From the NCBI GenBank assembly GCA_001029795.1, contig CP011216.1, forward strand, positions 70,903 to 134,902: a DNA stretch of 64,000 bases. The letters run 5' to 3'. Under the pieces are notes generated by a model that searched no databases, had not been told where the DNA came from, and saw only the letters and a program-made list of their open reading frames with translations. This DNA comes from a candidate division Kazan bacterium GW2011_GWA1_50_15 (GTDB taxonomy: Bacteria > Patescibacteriota > Kazan-3B-28). This document shows positions 46,644 to 56,727 of this stretch, piece by piece; positions within the stretch are counted from its first letter, which is position 1, and each line of letters opens with the position of its first letter. Made by a program: the position numbers and the translations under genes.

Positions 46644-47726
46644 ATGTCTTTACTCTCGATAATCATTTTTATTTTTATCTTTGGTCTATTCGTGTTCTTA
46701 CATGAGTTAGGCCATTTTTGGGCGGCGGTTAGGGCTGGGGTGCGAGTAGAAGAGTTTGGGTTTGGTCTCCCGCCGCGGTTGTGGGGCGTAAAGAGAGGTG
46801 GAACCATTTACTCGATCAACTGGATCCCGTTTGGCGGGTTCGTCCGGCTTAAGGGTGAGGGGGTGAGTGGAGGTACCGATCCAGATTCGTTGCGCAATCA
46901 GTCGTACGGAGCGAGATTCCTGGTCACAGTCGGGGGCGTGTTGATGAACTTTTTGACTGCGCTAGTTTTACTGATGATTGGTTTTTGGTTAGGGATGCCG
47001 CCGATCGTGTCAGACGTTAGTAACTACACCACGGACGACAGCCAACTAGACGCGCAGATCTTGATCTTACAAGTAGACAAGGGTACGCCAGCAGAGGCGG
47101 CTGGGATCAAGGCTGGTGACGTGGTGGTCTCAGTTGATGGTCAGTCGCTTACGACAGTGCCGGATCTGCAGGCGGCGGTGGCCGGCAAGCGGCAAGTAGT
47201 TATAGCGGTACAGCGCGGCGATAAAGAGATAATCTTGTCGGTAACAACTGTTCAGGAGGAGGGTCGTGAAGTAATAGGCGTGTTGGCCGATGAGTTGATC
47301 TCCGGCGTCCACTATGTTTGGTGGCAAGTGCCGTACTTTGCGCTGCAGGAGACCTGGCAGCTGATCCGTAATATTACGGTAGCGATTGTGGGGTTCTTGG
47401 GCGGATTGATCACTAGTGGTTCAGTCCCAGACTCGGTGGCAGGCCCGGTAGGGATCGCTAAAATCACGGCCCAGGCTGTGTCGCTTGGATTCTTGGCAGT
47501 ATTGCAGTTCGCGATATTTTTGAATGTTAATTTGGGGCTGATAAATATTGTGCCGTTCCCGGCACTGGATGGCGGGCGGTTATTGTTCCTGGTGGTTGAG
47601 CTGGTACGCGGCGGTCGGCGATTAAGACCCGAGGTTGAGAACACGGTTCACAGTCTTGGATTTTTATTATTGTTAGTGTTTATCTTTGTCGTGACTTATC
47701 GGGACATCGTTAAATTATTTACATAA
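46644..47726 (+). CDS. rseP: RIP metalloprotease RseP
   Basis: HELGH, PDZ domain, NIVPFPALDGG. Confidence 0.95.
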   Translation: MSLLSIIIFIFIFGLFVFLHELGHFWAAVRAGVRVEEFGFGLPPRLWGVKRGGTIYSINWIPFGGFVRLKGEGVSGGTDPDSLRNQSYGARFLVTVGGVLMNFLTALVLLMIGFWLGMPPIVSDVSNYTTDDSQLDAQILILQVDKGTPAEAAGIKAGDVVVSVDGQSLTTVPDLQAAVAGKRQVVIAVQRGDKEIILSVTTVQEEGREVIGVLADELISGVHYVWWQVPYFALQETWQLIRNITVAIVGFLGGLITSGSVPDSVAGPVGIAKITAQAVSLGFLAVLQFAIFLNVNLGLINIVPFPALDGGRLLFLVVELVRGGRRLRPEVENTVHSLGFLLLLVFIFVVTYRDIVKLFT

Positions 47727-47733
47727 ACGAACG

Positions 47734-48546
47734 ATGGTTCAGCTACTTGACGGGAAGCGAACGGCGGCTGACTGGGCCAAACGGCTACAAGGTCGATTTA
47801 AGGGAGTGGGCCGGCTAGCGGCGGTGACAGTAGGGGATGACCCCGCCTCGCGGCTGTATCTGGAGAAGAAAGCGGCCATGGCCAAAGGGTTGGGGGCAGG
47901 GTTTGTATTGTATTGGTTGCCGGTCAGCGTTGGGACTAGGGCGGTGAAGCAAAAGATCGCTCAGTTAAACCGCGACAGACGAGTGGCGGGGATTATTGTC
48001 CAGCTCCCTTTACCAAAACGATTGGACTCAGCTGAGATAGTGAACGTTATTGCGCCGAGCAAAGATGTTGATGGGCTGACCGACGCAAATATCAGCAGCG
48101 GCGGGATGCTACCGGCAACAGCCGTTGGGATAATTGAACTTGTACGCAGATATAAACTAGAGTTGCGTCGCAAACAGATAGTATTACTAGGGTTCTCCCG
48201 GCTTTTGAATGTGCCGCTCGCTCTGTATTTATCTGGTCAAGGGAATAGCATCACGATCTTGCAAAAAGGAACGCGCGACCACAGTTGTCTGCGCCAAGCC
48301 GATGTGATAGTTAGCGCGGTGGGTAGTCCGAAGTTGATCAGGGGTAAGGATGTTAAGCCAGGAGCGATCATAATCGATGCCGGTATCGCTCGGGTCGGAA
48401 AGAGCGTGGTTGGGGATGTTGACCGAAATTCTGTTGATAAGCGGGCCGGCTGGTTGACCCCCGTGCCGGGCGGGGTAGGGCCAATGACGGTGATAGCTCT
48501 CTTTGCTAACTTATTAACGGCGGCAAAAACAACCTCTCAGAGCTAG
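47734..48546 (+). CDS. folD: Methylenetetrahydrofolate dehydrogenase/cyclohydrolase
   Basis: VQLPLP, KDVDG, TPVPGGVGPMT. Confidence 0.92.
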   Translation: MVQLLDGKRTAADWAKRLQGRFKGVGRLAAVTVGDDPASRLYLEKKAAMAKGLGAGFVLYWLPVSVGTRAVKQKIAQLNRDRRVAGIIVQLPLPKRLDSAEIVNVIAPSKDVDGLTDANISSGGMLPATAVGIIELVRRYKLELRRKQIVLLGFSRLLNVPLALYLSGQGNSITILQKGTRDHSCLRQADVIVSAVGSPKLIRGKDVKPGAIIIDAGIARVGKSVVGDVDRNSVDKRAGWLTPVPGGVGPMTVIALFANLLTAAKTTSQS

Positions 48547-48631
48547 ATTTACACCTATTGACAGCGGAGGGGGTTAACGTATAATCAAAACTATTCTTGG
48601 GAGGCCGAGTGTTCCCAGGGAGTAATAAAGC

Positions 48632-49099
48632 ATGGGAGTTCAAGAATTGTATATCTCGCAGCAAGGTCTAGAAAATCTTAAGCGCGAGCTGGAGGAATTA
48701 AAACAGCAGCGGGTTGAGATCACTGAAAAGATCAAAGACGCCCGTGAGTTTGGCGACTTATCCGAAAACGCTGAGTATCAAGAAGCCAAGACTAAACAAT
48801 CGTTTATTGAAGGGCGCATCGAGGAGATCGAGGCGACCTTGAAAATGGCTAAAGTTATCGATGCAAAAAATAATGCTAACGGCGAGATCAGTGTTGGTTC
48901 GACGGTAGTGGTAGACGGGACTGGCCGCGAAGTAACTTATCAGATCGTGGGTTCTAATGAAGTGAGTCCCGAAGAGGGCAAGATCTCTAACGAATCACCA
49001 TTAGGTGTTGCGTTGATGGGTCACCGAGCCGGGGACAGAGTGATGGTGCCGATGGCGGATGGAGAGGAACGTGAGTATTTGATTGTGAAAGTTAGTTAA
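48632..49099 (+). CDS. greA: Transcription elongation factor GreA
   Basis: GDLSENAEY, ISNESPLG. Confidence 0.97.
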   Translation: MGVQELYISQQGLENLKRELEELKQQRVEITEKIKDAREFGDLSENAEYQEAKTKQSFIEGRIEEIEATLKMAKVIDAKNNANGEISVGSTVVVDGTGREVTYQIVGSNEVSPEEGKISNESPLGVALMGHRAGDRVMVPMADGEEREYLIVKVS

Positions 49100-49104
49100 T
49101 TTTT

Positions 49105-49318
49105 TGCAACGCTCTCAAGCCGCCATTGCATCGGCGTTTTTTTGCCGCATTTTGCTTGCCCAAAACGCGGCACCAAAAGGGCGCCTCACTCACCAATTCA
49201 GTTGCCAAAAACCAAAATCACCCTTTCTGGATTTAACCGCAAACTCGCTCCGCTCAGACATGCTCACCCAGACCGGGTGATTTTGCTACTGGCAATCTGA
49301 ATTGCTTCGATGGGTCCC
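49105..49318 (+). repeat. Structured element, family 1, copy E (more degenerate)
   Basis: TGCAA/TTGCA-TCGGCG, TTTCTGG, AAACTCGCTCCGCTCAGACA, long enclosing stem. Confidence 0.72.
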
Positions 49319-49447
49319 ATCGGGAACGGCCCTCTTCCAATGGCGGATGGAGAACGGGGGAAGTGCGGTGTGCTCGGACAGTCCCAAAACTTATCACTTT
49401 TAACTTATCACTGGTGCTCTCTCGAGAACTGATATACTAAGATAGTT

Positions 49448-50920
49448 ATGGAACAGAGTTTGGAACAAATTATTGCCGCGCGCCTCGACAAGCTAAGAGA
49501 ATTGCGGCGGGAGGGAGTTGATCCTTATCCGGCTAAGTCGGCCCGGACGCTAACCGCGGCTGACTTTATTGCCAAGTTTAGTGCTCTCAAGCGGGCCAAG
49601 AAGTCAGTGACATTAGCCGGCCGCTTGATGGTCATGCGCGAATTCGGGGGCTTAACTTTCGGAATATTGAAAGACGGATACGGCCAGACCCAGATTTTGT
49701 TTAAGAAAGATGAGTTTGGAGCGAAGGCCTATCAGGGCCTGAAATTATTGGATGCCGGTGACATCATCCAGACTAAGGGTACGGCGATGTTGACCAAAAA
49801 AGGTGAAAAAACCCTGCTGGTCAAAAAATTTACTCTTTTAGCCAAGAGCTTGCGGCCCCTGCCCGAGAAGTGGCATGGGTTAACGGACCAAGAGGCACGC
49901 TTTCGTCAGCGGTATTTGGATATTCTGCTAAATCTGGAAGTAAAAGACAGATTTGTGATCAAAAATCGCCTCGTGCAGTCGATACGCGAATTTTTATTGC
50001 GCGAGGGCTACATCGAGGTGGATACCCCGGCACTTCAGCCTCTGCCGGGCGGCGCTCTGGCGGCTCCCTTCAAGACCCACTATCAGGCGACCAATTCGGA
50101 TGTTTATCTGCGAATCGCGCCGGAGCTGTATCTCAAACGCCTAATCGTCGGCGGGATGGAGAGAGTGTTCGAGTTCGCCCGGGTGTTTCGCAACGAGGGC
50201 GTCTCGACCCAACATCTGCAGGACTTCACGATGTTAGAGTTTTATCAGGCCTATGCCGACTATAACGAGTTGATGAAGCTGACTGAAGAGATGCTGTCGG
50301 GCGCGGTGAAAGAGATATTTGGCACGACTAAAGTTAAATTCGGAGGGCAACTTATTGATTGGAAAACACCCTGGCCGAAGAAAAGTTTCCGGGAACTGAT
50401 CAGGCAACACGCCGGCATCGATATCGATAAGTTCCCGACGGCGGAGTCGTTGCAGGCAGAGATCAAGCGCAAAAAAATTAAATTGACCTATGCGGGGCGA
50501 GCCGGACGCGGCAAGCTGATAGACGAACTTTACAAAGAGACCGCGCGGCCTAAGTTGGTCAATCCAGTGTTTTTGGTGGATCATCCGCTCGATCTATCGC
50601 CGCTGGCCAAAAAAATGGCAGATGACCCGACTAAGGTCCAACGCTTCCAGTTAGTGGTTGCCGGGATGGAAGTCACGAATGCCTTTTCCGAGTTGAACGA
50701 TCCCATTGACCAGAAGGAGCGATTTCAGTCGCAAGCCAAACTGAAGCGAGCGGGGGACAGCGAGGCTCATTCGATGGACGATGACTTTGTTAAGGCATTG
50801 GAGTACGGCATGCCGCCAACGGCTGGTTGCGGCATCGGTATTGAACGGCTGGTGGCACTGCTGACGGGCGCCGACTCGGTGCGGGAGGCGGTGCTGTTTC
50901 CGTTCGTGAAGGATAAGTAG
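49448..50920 (+). CDS. lysS: Lysine--tRNA ligase (class II)
   Basis: RQRYLD, LRIAPELYLKRL, FRNEG, YGMPPTAG.GIGIERL. Confidence 0.97.
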   Translation: MEQSLEQIIAARLDKLRELRREGVDPYPAKSARTLTAADFIAKFSALKRAKKSVTLAGRLMVMREFGGLTFGILKDGYGQTQILFKKDEFGAKAYQGLKLLDAGDIIQTKGTAMLTKKGEKTLLVKKFTLLAKSLRPLPEKWHGLTDQEARFRQRYLDILLNLEVKDRFVIKNRLVQSIREFLLREGYIEVDTPALQPLPGGALAAPFKTHYQATNSDVYLRIAPELYLKRLIVGGMERVFEFARVFRNEGVSTQHLQDFTMLEFYQAYADYNELMKLTEEMLSGAVKEIFGTTKVKFGGQLIDWKTPWPKKSFRELIRQHAGIDIDKFPTAESLQAEIKRKKIKLTYAGRAGRGKLIDELYKETARPKLVNPVFLVDHPLDLSPLAKKMADDPTKVQRFQLVVAGMEVTNAFSELNDPIDQKERFQSQAKLKRAGDSEAHSMDDDFVKALEYGMPPTAGCGIGIERLVALLTGADSVREAVLFPFVKDK

Positions 50921-51004
50921 TTTTCTAGCTCTGGGACTTGACTTTTATAGGAGGGAGGTATATCCTACCTAAGCTTTAGTTTGCACTTTGAGGAGGTACT
51001 CCTG

Positions 51005-51394
51005 ATGGGTACCATAAGAATCGTCGTCGTGGACGACGAGGCTATGATCAGAACGGTGGTGGTTAGGAAGTTGGCACTCTGGGGTTATCCAGAGACGGTT
51101 GGGATAGTGCCAGAGATGAGTTCTGAACATACTGCCCAATTGATTCTCGATGCCGCCCCAAATATCGTAGTGATCGACCATGATTTTGGCCTCGATTTTA
51201 CCGGAGTCAATGTGGCCGAATTGCTGCGGCAGGAGGGGTTCGAGGGCGACATCATCGTTTTCTCGTCTCACTCCGTCGAGGCCCAAAAGGCCCTCTTTGG
51301 GCCCTACGAAATTTTGGCTTATGTTGTTAAGCCGGACTCCCAGGGCCTTAGAGAGCCGCTCGAGCGAGCGGCGGAGAAGTACATTGGCCGGTGA
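51005..51394 (+). CDS. Stand-alone response regulator receiver domain
   Basis: VVDDE, VVIDH (phospho-Asp), FSS, VKP; SD GAGGAGG. Confidence 0.8.
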   Translation: MGTIRIVVVDDEAMIRTVVVRKLALWGYPETVGIVPEMSSEHTAQLILDAAPNIVVIDHDFGLDFTGVNVAELLRQEGFEGDIIVFSSHSVEAQKALFGPYEILAYVVKPDSQGLREPLERAAEKYIGR

Positions 51395-51421
51395 CGTATG
51401 TCACCGGCATTTTTTTTAGTC

Positions 51422-51859
51422 TTAACTATACCGCTCGTACTCTCGCTTCTCTTTGGCGGTATCGTAGTCCACACCGTCACCGACTAGATCTTGAATATAG
51501 TGATAAGCATCCTTTTTGGCGGGGAATCGCTGGGGAAGCGATTCGGTCAACATTTGAGCGGTTTTATTATGGGCAGCATTGCGCAGTTTATCTAACTCGA
51601 TCGTCACGGCCCGCGAGTTGGGGTCTGATGTAAAAATAGAATTATATAGCGCCCGATTGCGAGTTGCGACGTAGTCATGAAGCGCAGCTTGAACATCGGG
51701 CGTGAATTCAGAGATGACTTGTTCGATTTTAGTTAACTGCTCCTTCGCAATGCGCTGGCCAGTAGAAAAATCATAGGCGATGTCGCTAACTATCTCGCCC
51801 GGCAGCGGCGGCTGGAATTCATTTTCGGATTGAGGTTGAGGGGAGAGCTCTGGTCGCAT
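51422..51859 (-). CDS. Hypothetical protein
   Basis: 145-aa ORF with TTGACA-17-TATAAT promoter upstream on the minus strand. Confidence 0.65.
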   Translation of the reverse strand: MRPELSPQPQSENEFQPPLPGEIVSDIAYDFSTGQRIAKEQLTKIEQVISEFTPDVQAALHDYVATRNRALYNSIFTSDPNSRAVTIELDKLRNAAHNKTAQMLTESLPQRFPAKKDAYHYIQDLVGDGVDYDTAKEKREYERYS

Positions 51860-51961
51860 TTTGTTTTACTTTCTCTTTATTATACCATAAAATTGTGCTT
51901 CTGTCAAACAGTTCTAACCAGAGCTGTGGGGGAGGGGATGATATAATATCAGGGTATTTTC

Positions 51962-53182
51962 ATGGATCTTAAACTTCTAGAAGACAATCTGTACACTTGG
52001 CAAGAGCAGCTCAACCGCCGCGGGGCGGAGGTGGACTTGAAGAAGGTGCTGGAAGTCTACCAGCGCTACTTGGAGGTGTTGCAGAAAGCCGAGGGTCTCA
52101 GGGCCGAACGTAACGTGGCGGCTAAGGCGCAGGACATCGAAGCGGGCAAGCGTATCGGCAGCGAACTGAAGGAACTGGAAGACGAAGTGATGGCGGCCAG
52201 GACCGAGTTGGACGAGCTGGTGGCCGACATTCCTAATCTGCCGGATAAAGATATCCCTGATGGTGGCGAGGAGAACGGCAAAGTCATCGGCGTGGGTGGC
52301 AAACCACGCGACATCACCAACCCCAGAGATCACATTGCGCTGGGCGAGAGTTTGGGGATTTTGGATATCGAGCGGGGGACGAAAGCATCCGGCTCCAGAT
52401 TTTATTATTTAAAAAATCAGGCAGTTGAGTTGGAATTTGCCATCCTGCGGTGGCTAATGGATTTGTTGAAAGACAAAGGTTTTGAATTACTACTCGGCCC
52501 GCAGTTGTTGGGCGAAAAAGCAATGCTGGCCGGGGGATATTTAGGCAAAGCGGCAGACGAAGTTTATAAAACTCAAGATGATTTGTATTTAATTGGCACC
52601 GCCGAACAAAGTATTTTGGCCTATCACTTGGACGAAATTATTCCCGTTCCTAAACGCTATGCTAGTTTTTCAACTTGTTTTCGCAGAGAAGCTGGTAGTT
52701 ATGGTAAAGATGTCAAAGGAATTATTCGGACACACCAGTTTGATAAAGTGGAAATGTTTTCATTTGTGGCCCCGGATATGTCGGCGCGGGAACACGAACA
52801 GTTGGTGGCCATTCAAGAGGAGATCTTGCAGGGGCTGGAGATTCCGTATCAAAAGGTGCTGTTGGCGGCTGGGGATTTGAGCATGGCTGCTGCTCGGACC
52901 ATTGACCTAGAGAGTTGGTTGCCCTCGCAAAACCGGCATCGCGAAACCCATTCGGCTAGCAACTGTACCGACTGGCAGGCGAGACGGGCGCGTATCCGGT
53001 ATAAGACCGAGAGTGGGGAGTCCGAGCTAGTCCACACCTTAAATGGGACGGCGGTGGCGATTGGGCGTATGCTGGTAGCACTACTGGAGAACCACCAGCA
53101 GATGGACGGCAGTATCAGTATCCCTAAGGTTTTGCACTCGTATCTGAGTTTCAAGGAGATTCGTCAAATAACTGTAACTTAA
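51962..53182 (+). CDS. serS: Serine--tRNA ligase
   Basis: N-terminal coiled coil, GTAE, FRREAG, HQFDKVE, HTLNGT, ENHQ. Confidence 0.97.
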   Translation: MDLKLLEDNLYTWQEQLNRRGAEVDLKKVLEVYQRYLEVLQKAEGLRAERNVAAKAQDIEAGKRIGSELKELEDEVMAARTELDELVADIPNLPDKDIPDGGEENGKVIGVGGKPRDITNPRDHIALGESLGILDIERGTKASGSRFYYLKNQAVELEFAILRWLMDLLKDKGFELLLGPQLLGEKAMLAGGYLGKAADEVYKTQDDLYLIGTAEQSILAYHLDEIIPVPKRYASFSTCFRREAGSYGKDVKGIIRTHQFDKVEMFSFVAPDMSAREHEQLVAIQEEILQGLEIPYQKVLLAAGDLSMAAARTIDLESWLPSQNRHRETHSASNCTDWQARRARIRYKTESGESELVHTLNGTAVAIGRMLVALLENHQQMDGSISIPKVLHSYLSFKEIRQITVT

Positions 53183-53203
53183 AAAAAGAGGAGGTCGAGT
53201 GAG

Positions 53204-53737
53204 ATGTTTGACCGAGCGTGGGCTGCTTGGGCGGGTATGTGGCTCGCCGGGCTAGTCCTCTTTGTTTTTGCGAGTATCTTGCCGATCGTGGAACGAAGCA
53301 GGAGCACCCAGTGGTTGACACAGGGCGATGCACTGCAAATGTACGTTGACCGTGAGCCGGTGAAAACAGTTACGCTTTTTGCCACTTGCGAACTGGAAGC
53401 GGCTGTCGAGAAAGCCAATCGGAAAGAACGGTTTAAGCCCATTTGGGAGTGGTGCCAGTCGGGGCAAGGTGAGACCGGTATTCTACGAAGAGCAGCCGGG
53501 AGCACTGCCATTCACTTTGCTCTACCGATGGAGAACAAGCGCGACTTGTGGAATATGGGTGGCCAGTCGTGGCCCGATTTGGAGGTGTATGAGCTGGACG
53601 AGCAGTTGTCCCAAGTCGGGGGTGAGCGAGTGGAGGTAGGCGAACGTCGTCGAGTGGGGGACATGTTTGTTATTGGATATGTTTTGCATCTGTCCGCCGG
53701 TCGTTACGCCATACCTAATGTATTCCGGACCGGCTGA
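53204..53737 (+). CDS. Hypothetical single-TM protein
   Basis: SD GAGGAGG; N-terminal TM; terminator at ~53794-53817. Confidence 0.7.
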   Translation: MFDRAWAAWAGMWLAGLVLFVFASILPIVERSRSTQWLTQGDALQMYVDREPVKTVTLFATCELEAAVEKANRKERFKPIWEWCQSGQGETGILRRAAGSTAIHFALPMENKRDLWNMGGQSWPDLEVYELDEQLSQVGGERVEVGERRRVGDMFVIGYVLHLSAGRYAIPNVFRTG

Positions 53738-53823
53738 GGCGGACAATGGGCACTGGTCGAGTGCACCGCCAAGTAGGTTCACGTTTTGAGCACCCGCCCC
53801 TTCGGGGGCGGGTTTTTAAATAC

Positions 53824-53841
53824 ATGTAACATATGTTACAT
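53824..53841. promoter_or_regulatory. Perfect 18-bp palindrome, probable operator
   Basis: ATGTAACAT-ATGTTACAT ending 7 nt before the HTH gene start. Confidence 0.6.
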
Positions 53842-53848
53842 TAAGTAT

Positions 53849-54076
53849 ATGGGAGTTACTGATAAACTGCTGTCTGTACAACAAGTGGCTAAAAGAATGC
53901 AGATTAGTCGAGTGCATGTAGTGCGCCTAATCAACTCTGGTAAAATACCAGGACGCAAGGTGGGCCGAAATTATGTGATTGATGAAGATGAATTGGAATA
54001 TAAACTAATTGGTAAGGCGGTTGATCGAGTCGTGAAGGAGTATGGAGATGTTTTAAAACGGATAGAAAACAGTTAA
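53849..54076 (+). CDS. Excisionase-family HTH protein
   Basis: LLSVQQVAKRMQISRVHVVRLINSGKIPG.KVGRNYVI. Confidence 0.85.
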   Translation: MGVTDKLLSVQQVAKRMQISRVHVVRLINSGKIPGRKVGRNYVIDEDELEYKLIGKAVDRVVKEYGDVLKRIENS

Positions 54077-54090
54077 TCTGATAAAATAAA

Positions 54091-56727
54091 ATGGTGAAAT
54101 TTCTTGAGCGGATTTTGGGGGATCCGAACAAACAGGCACTTAAAAAACTCCAGCCACTCGCCCTGCGGGTGAATTCATTTGAGCCGGACATCCAGAAATT
54201 GTCGGATGACGGGATAAAAGCGAAAACCGAGGAGTTTAAGGCACGGTTAGCCAAAGGTGAGACCTTGGATGAGATCCTGCCCGAGGCCTTTGCGGTGGTG
54301 CGCGAAGCGGCCAAGCGGACTTTGGGCGAGCGCCATTTTGATGTGCAGATCATGGGCGGTATCGCTTTGCATCAAGGCAAGATCGCCGAAATGCGAACGG
54401 GCGAAGGGAAAACTTTGGTCGCCACTCTGCCGGTGTATTTGAATGCTCTAACTGGAAAAGGTGCGCATGTGGTGACGGTTAATGATTATTTGGCGGCTCG
54501 TGACGCGGAGTGGATGGGCCAGATCTATCAGTTTTTGGGGTTGACCGTTGGGGTGGTCACGCACGACAAGCCGACAAGCGAACGCCAAGCGGCTTACGCC
54601 GCTGACATTACTTACGGGACCAACAACGAGTTCGGATTTGATTATCTGCGCGATAATATGGCACCGACCCGTGAGGCGCAAGTTCAGCGGGGATTGAATT
54701 TTGTAATTGTGGACGAAGTCGACTCAATTTTGGTTGACGAAGCGCGGACGCCGTTAATTATTTCCGCGCCGGACGAGGAATCAACCGAACACTACAAGCG
54801 GTTTGCTGCCATTGCTCCCTCATTGACCGAGAACGTGGATTTTACCAAAGACGAAAAAACCAAGACCGCTTCACTGACAGAAGGCGGTATCGAAAAGGTG
54901 CAGAAGCTTTTGAATATTCCTGACATCTACGAGTCGGGTAATGTGCTGTTAGCACACCACATCGAGCAGGCCTTGCGGGCGCAGTTTTTGTACAAAAAAG
55001 ATGTGGACTATGTCATCAAGAATGGCGAGGTAATCATTGTGGACGAGTTCACGGGTAGGTTGATGCAAGGGCGGAGGTATTCCGAAGGTTTACATCAGGC
55101 CATCGAGGCGAAAGAACAGGTGGAGGTCCAGCGGGAGTCGAAGACCTTGGCGACCATCACATTCCAGAACTACTTTCGGTTGTATGAAAAGTTATCGGGC
55201 ATGACCGGTACGGCCAAGACCGAAGAAGAGGAGTTTTGGAAGATATATGGTTTGGAGGTGGTGGTCATCCCAACTAATCAGCCGCTGATCCGGCAGGATC
55301 TGAATGATCTCATTTATGTCAGCGAGAAAGCCAAGTTCGAGGCGGTGGTGAGAGAGATCAAGCGGCGGCACGAGACCGGCCAACCCATCTTGGTTGGCAC
55401 TATTGCTATTGAAAAATCCGAACTGCTATCGGATATGTTAAAGCTCAAAGGCGTTGCCCACAATGTTCTGAACGCCAAGCAGCATGAGCGGGAGGCGGAG
55501 ATAGTCAAGGACGCGGGGCAGAAGTTGGCCGTTACCATCGCCACCAACATGGCTGGGCGAGGGACTGATATTAAATTGGGCGAGGGCGTGCGGGAACTGG
55601 GGGGTCTGCATATTCTAGGTACTGAACGGCACGAGTCCCGCCGGATCGATAATCAGCTTAGAGGCCGCGCCGGTCGACAAGGCGACCCGGGCAGTACTCA
55701 GTTCTTTGTGTGTTTGGAGGACGACCTGATGCGATTGTTCGGTAGCGAGCGCCTGAAAAACATGATGGCGACCCTGAAGGTACCGGAGGATCAACCGTTG
55801 GAACACAAATGGATAACTTCCAGTATCGAGTCAGCCCAAAAACGGGTGGAGGGCCACAACTTTGATATTCGCAAGCGGGTAGTGGAGTATGACGATGTGA
55901 TGAACCGCCATCGGGCGACCATCTATCGTCAGCGTCAGAAACTGCTTGAGGCGGGGGATGTGAAGGAAACGGTCTGGGGATATGTGGAGAATGAACTACG
56001 CGGGATACTGGCTAACTATGCCGCTACCCCCCGCGAGCAGTTTGGCGAAAAAGAACTACTAGAGAGCGTTAATGCCGTTGTGCCGCTTACGGAAGGATTA
56101 AAAAAAGAAGTGGCGGCCAGCAATGTTGAGGCGCTGGTAGAGTTCGCCAAAACCCAGTACGAAGCCAAAGAGAAGGAAACGGGCGAGGAGACCTTCCGTC
56201 AAGTTGAGCGGATGGTTCTGCTTCGAGTAATGGATATGATGTGGATGGAGCACATCGACGCAATGATGAAACTGCGGGAGGCCATCGGTCTGCACGGCTA
56301 CGCTCAAAAGGACCCACTGGTGGAGTATAAGCAGGAGAGTTATATGATGTTCCAGCGTCTGCAGGCGGCCATCGCTGGGGATGTGGCGCGGCTGATCTAT
56401 CGGGTACGGATCGCTACTCAAGCTCCGCAGGAGAGTGCGGAAGTGCAGGAAAAACGCAAACTGGCGATGAAGGGAGCGGAGGAACCGGCCGGAGGTTTCG
56501 AGGAAGAGAAGGAAGAACTCGCCTCCGAAATGAAAAATGAAAAATTAAAAATTAAAAATGAAAGTCATTCTGAATCCCAACCGCCAAATTCCAAATTCCA
56601 AATTCCAAATTCAGATGCTCCGAGTGGAGTGGTGCGCGACCCAAATGATAGGAAAGAAAAAGTTGGGCGAAATGATCCATGCCCGTGTGGGTCGGGTAAG
56701 AAATTTAAAAAATGTCATGGAAAATGA
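54091..56727 (+). CDS. secA: Preprotein translocase ATPase SecA
   Basis: [60 protein letters not shown]. Confidence 0.98.
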   Translation: MVKFLERILGDPNKQALKKLQPLALRVNSFEPDIQKLSDDGIKAKTEEFKARLAKGETLDEILPEAFAVVREAAKRTLGERHFDVQIMGGIALHQGKIAEMRTGEGKTLVATLPVYLNALTGKGAHVVTVNDYLAARDAEWMGQIYQFLGLTVGVVTHDKPTSERQAAYAADITYGTNNEFGFDYLRDNMAPTREAQVQRGLNFVIVDEVDSILVDEARTPLIISAPDEESTEHYKRFAAIAPSLTENVDFTKDEKTKTASLTEGGIEKVQKLLNIPDIYESGNVLLAHHIEQALRAQFLYKKDVDYVIKNGEVIIVDEFTGRLMQGRRYSEGLHQAIEAKEQVEVQRESKTLATITFQNYFRLYEKLSGMTGTAKTEEEEFWKIYGLEVVVIPTNQPLIRQDLNDLIYVSEKAKFEAVVREIKRRHETGQPILVGTIAIEKSELLSDMLKLKGVAHNVLNAKQHEREAEIVKDAGQKLAVTIATNMAGRGTDIKLGEGVRELGGLHILGTERHESRRIDNQLRGRAGRQGDPGSTQFFVCLEDDLMRLFGSERLKNMMATLKVPEDQPLEHKWITSSIESAQKRVEGHNFDIRKRVVEYDDVMNRHRATIYRQRQKLLEAGDVKETVWGYVENELRGILANYAATPREQFGEKELLESVNAVVPLTEGLKKEVAASNVEALVEFAKTQYEAKEKETGEETFRQVERMVLLRVMDMMWMEHIDAMMKLREAIGLHGYAQKDPLVEYKQESYMMFQRLQAAIAGDVARLIYRVRIATQAPQESAEVQEKRKLAMKGAEEPAGGFEEEKEELASEMKNEKLKIKNESHSESQPPNSKFQIPNSDAPSGVVRDPNDRKEKVGRNDPCPCGSGKKFKKCHGK
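56528..56611 (+). repeat. In-frame heptamer arrays inside secA (AAATGAA-like x5, CCAAATT x4)
   Basis: Direct reading; encodes [11 protein letters not shown]...[10 protein letters not shown]. Confidence 0.8.

Noticed and set aside
8253-49318. CRISPR array among the repeats
   Set aside because: Repeats are dispersed and divergent, with no regular repeat-spacer periodicity.
53849-54076. Prophage excisionase or prophage boundary
   Set aside because: No integrase, att repeats or phage genes adjacent.
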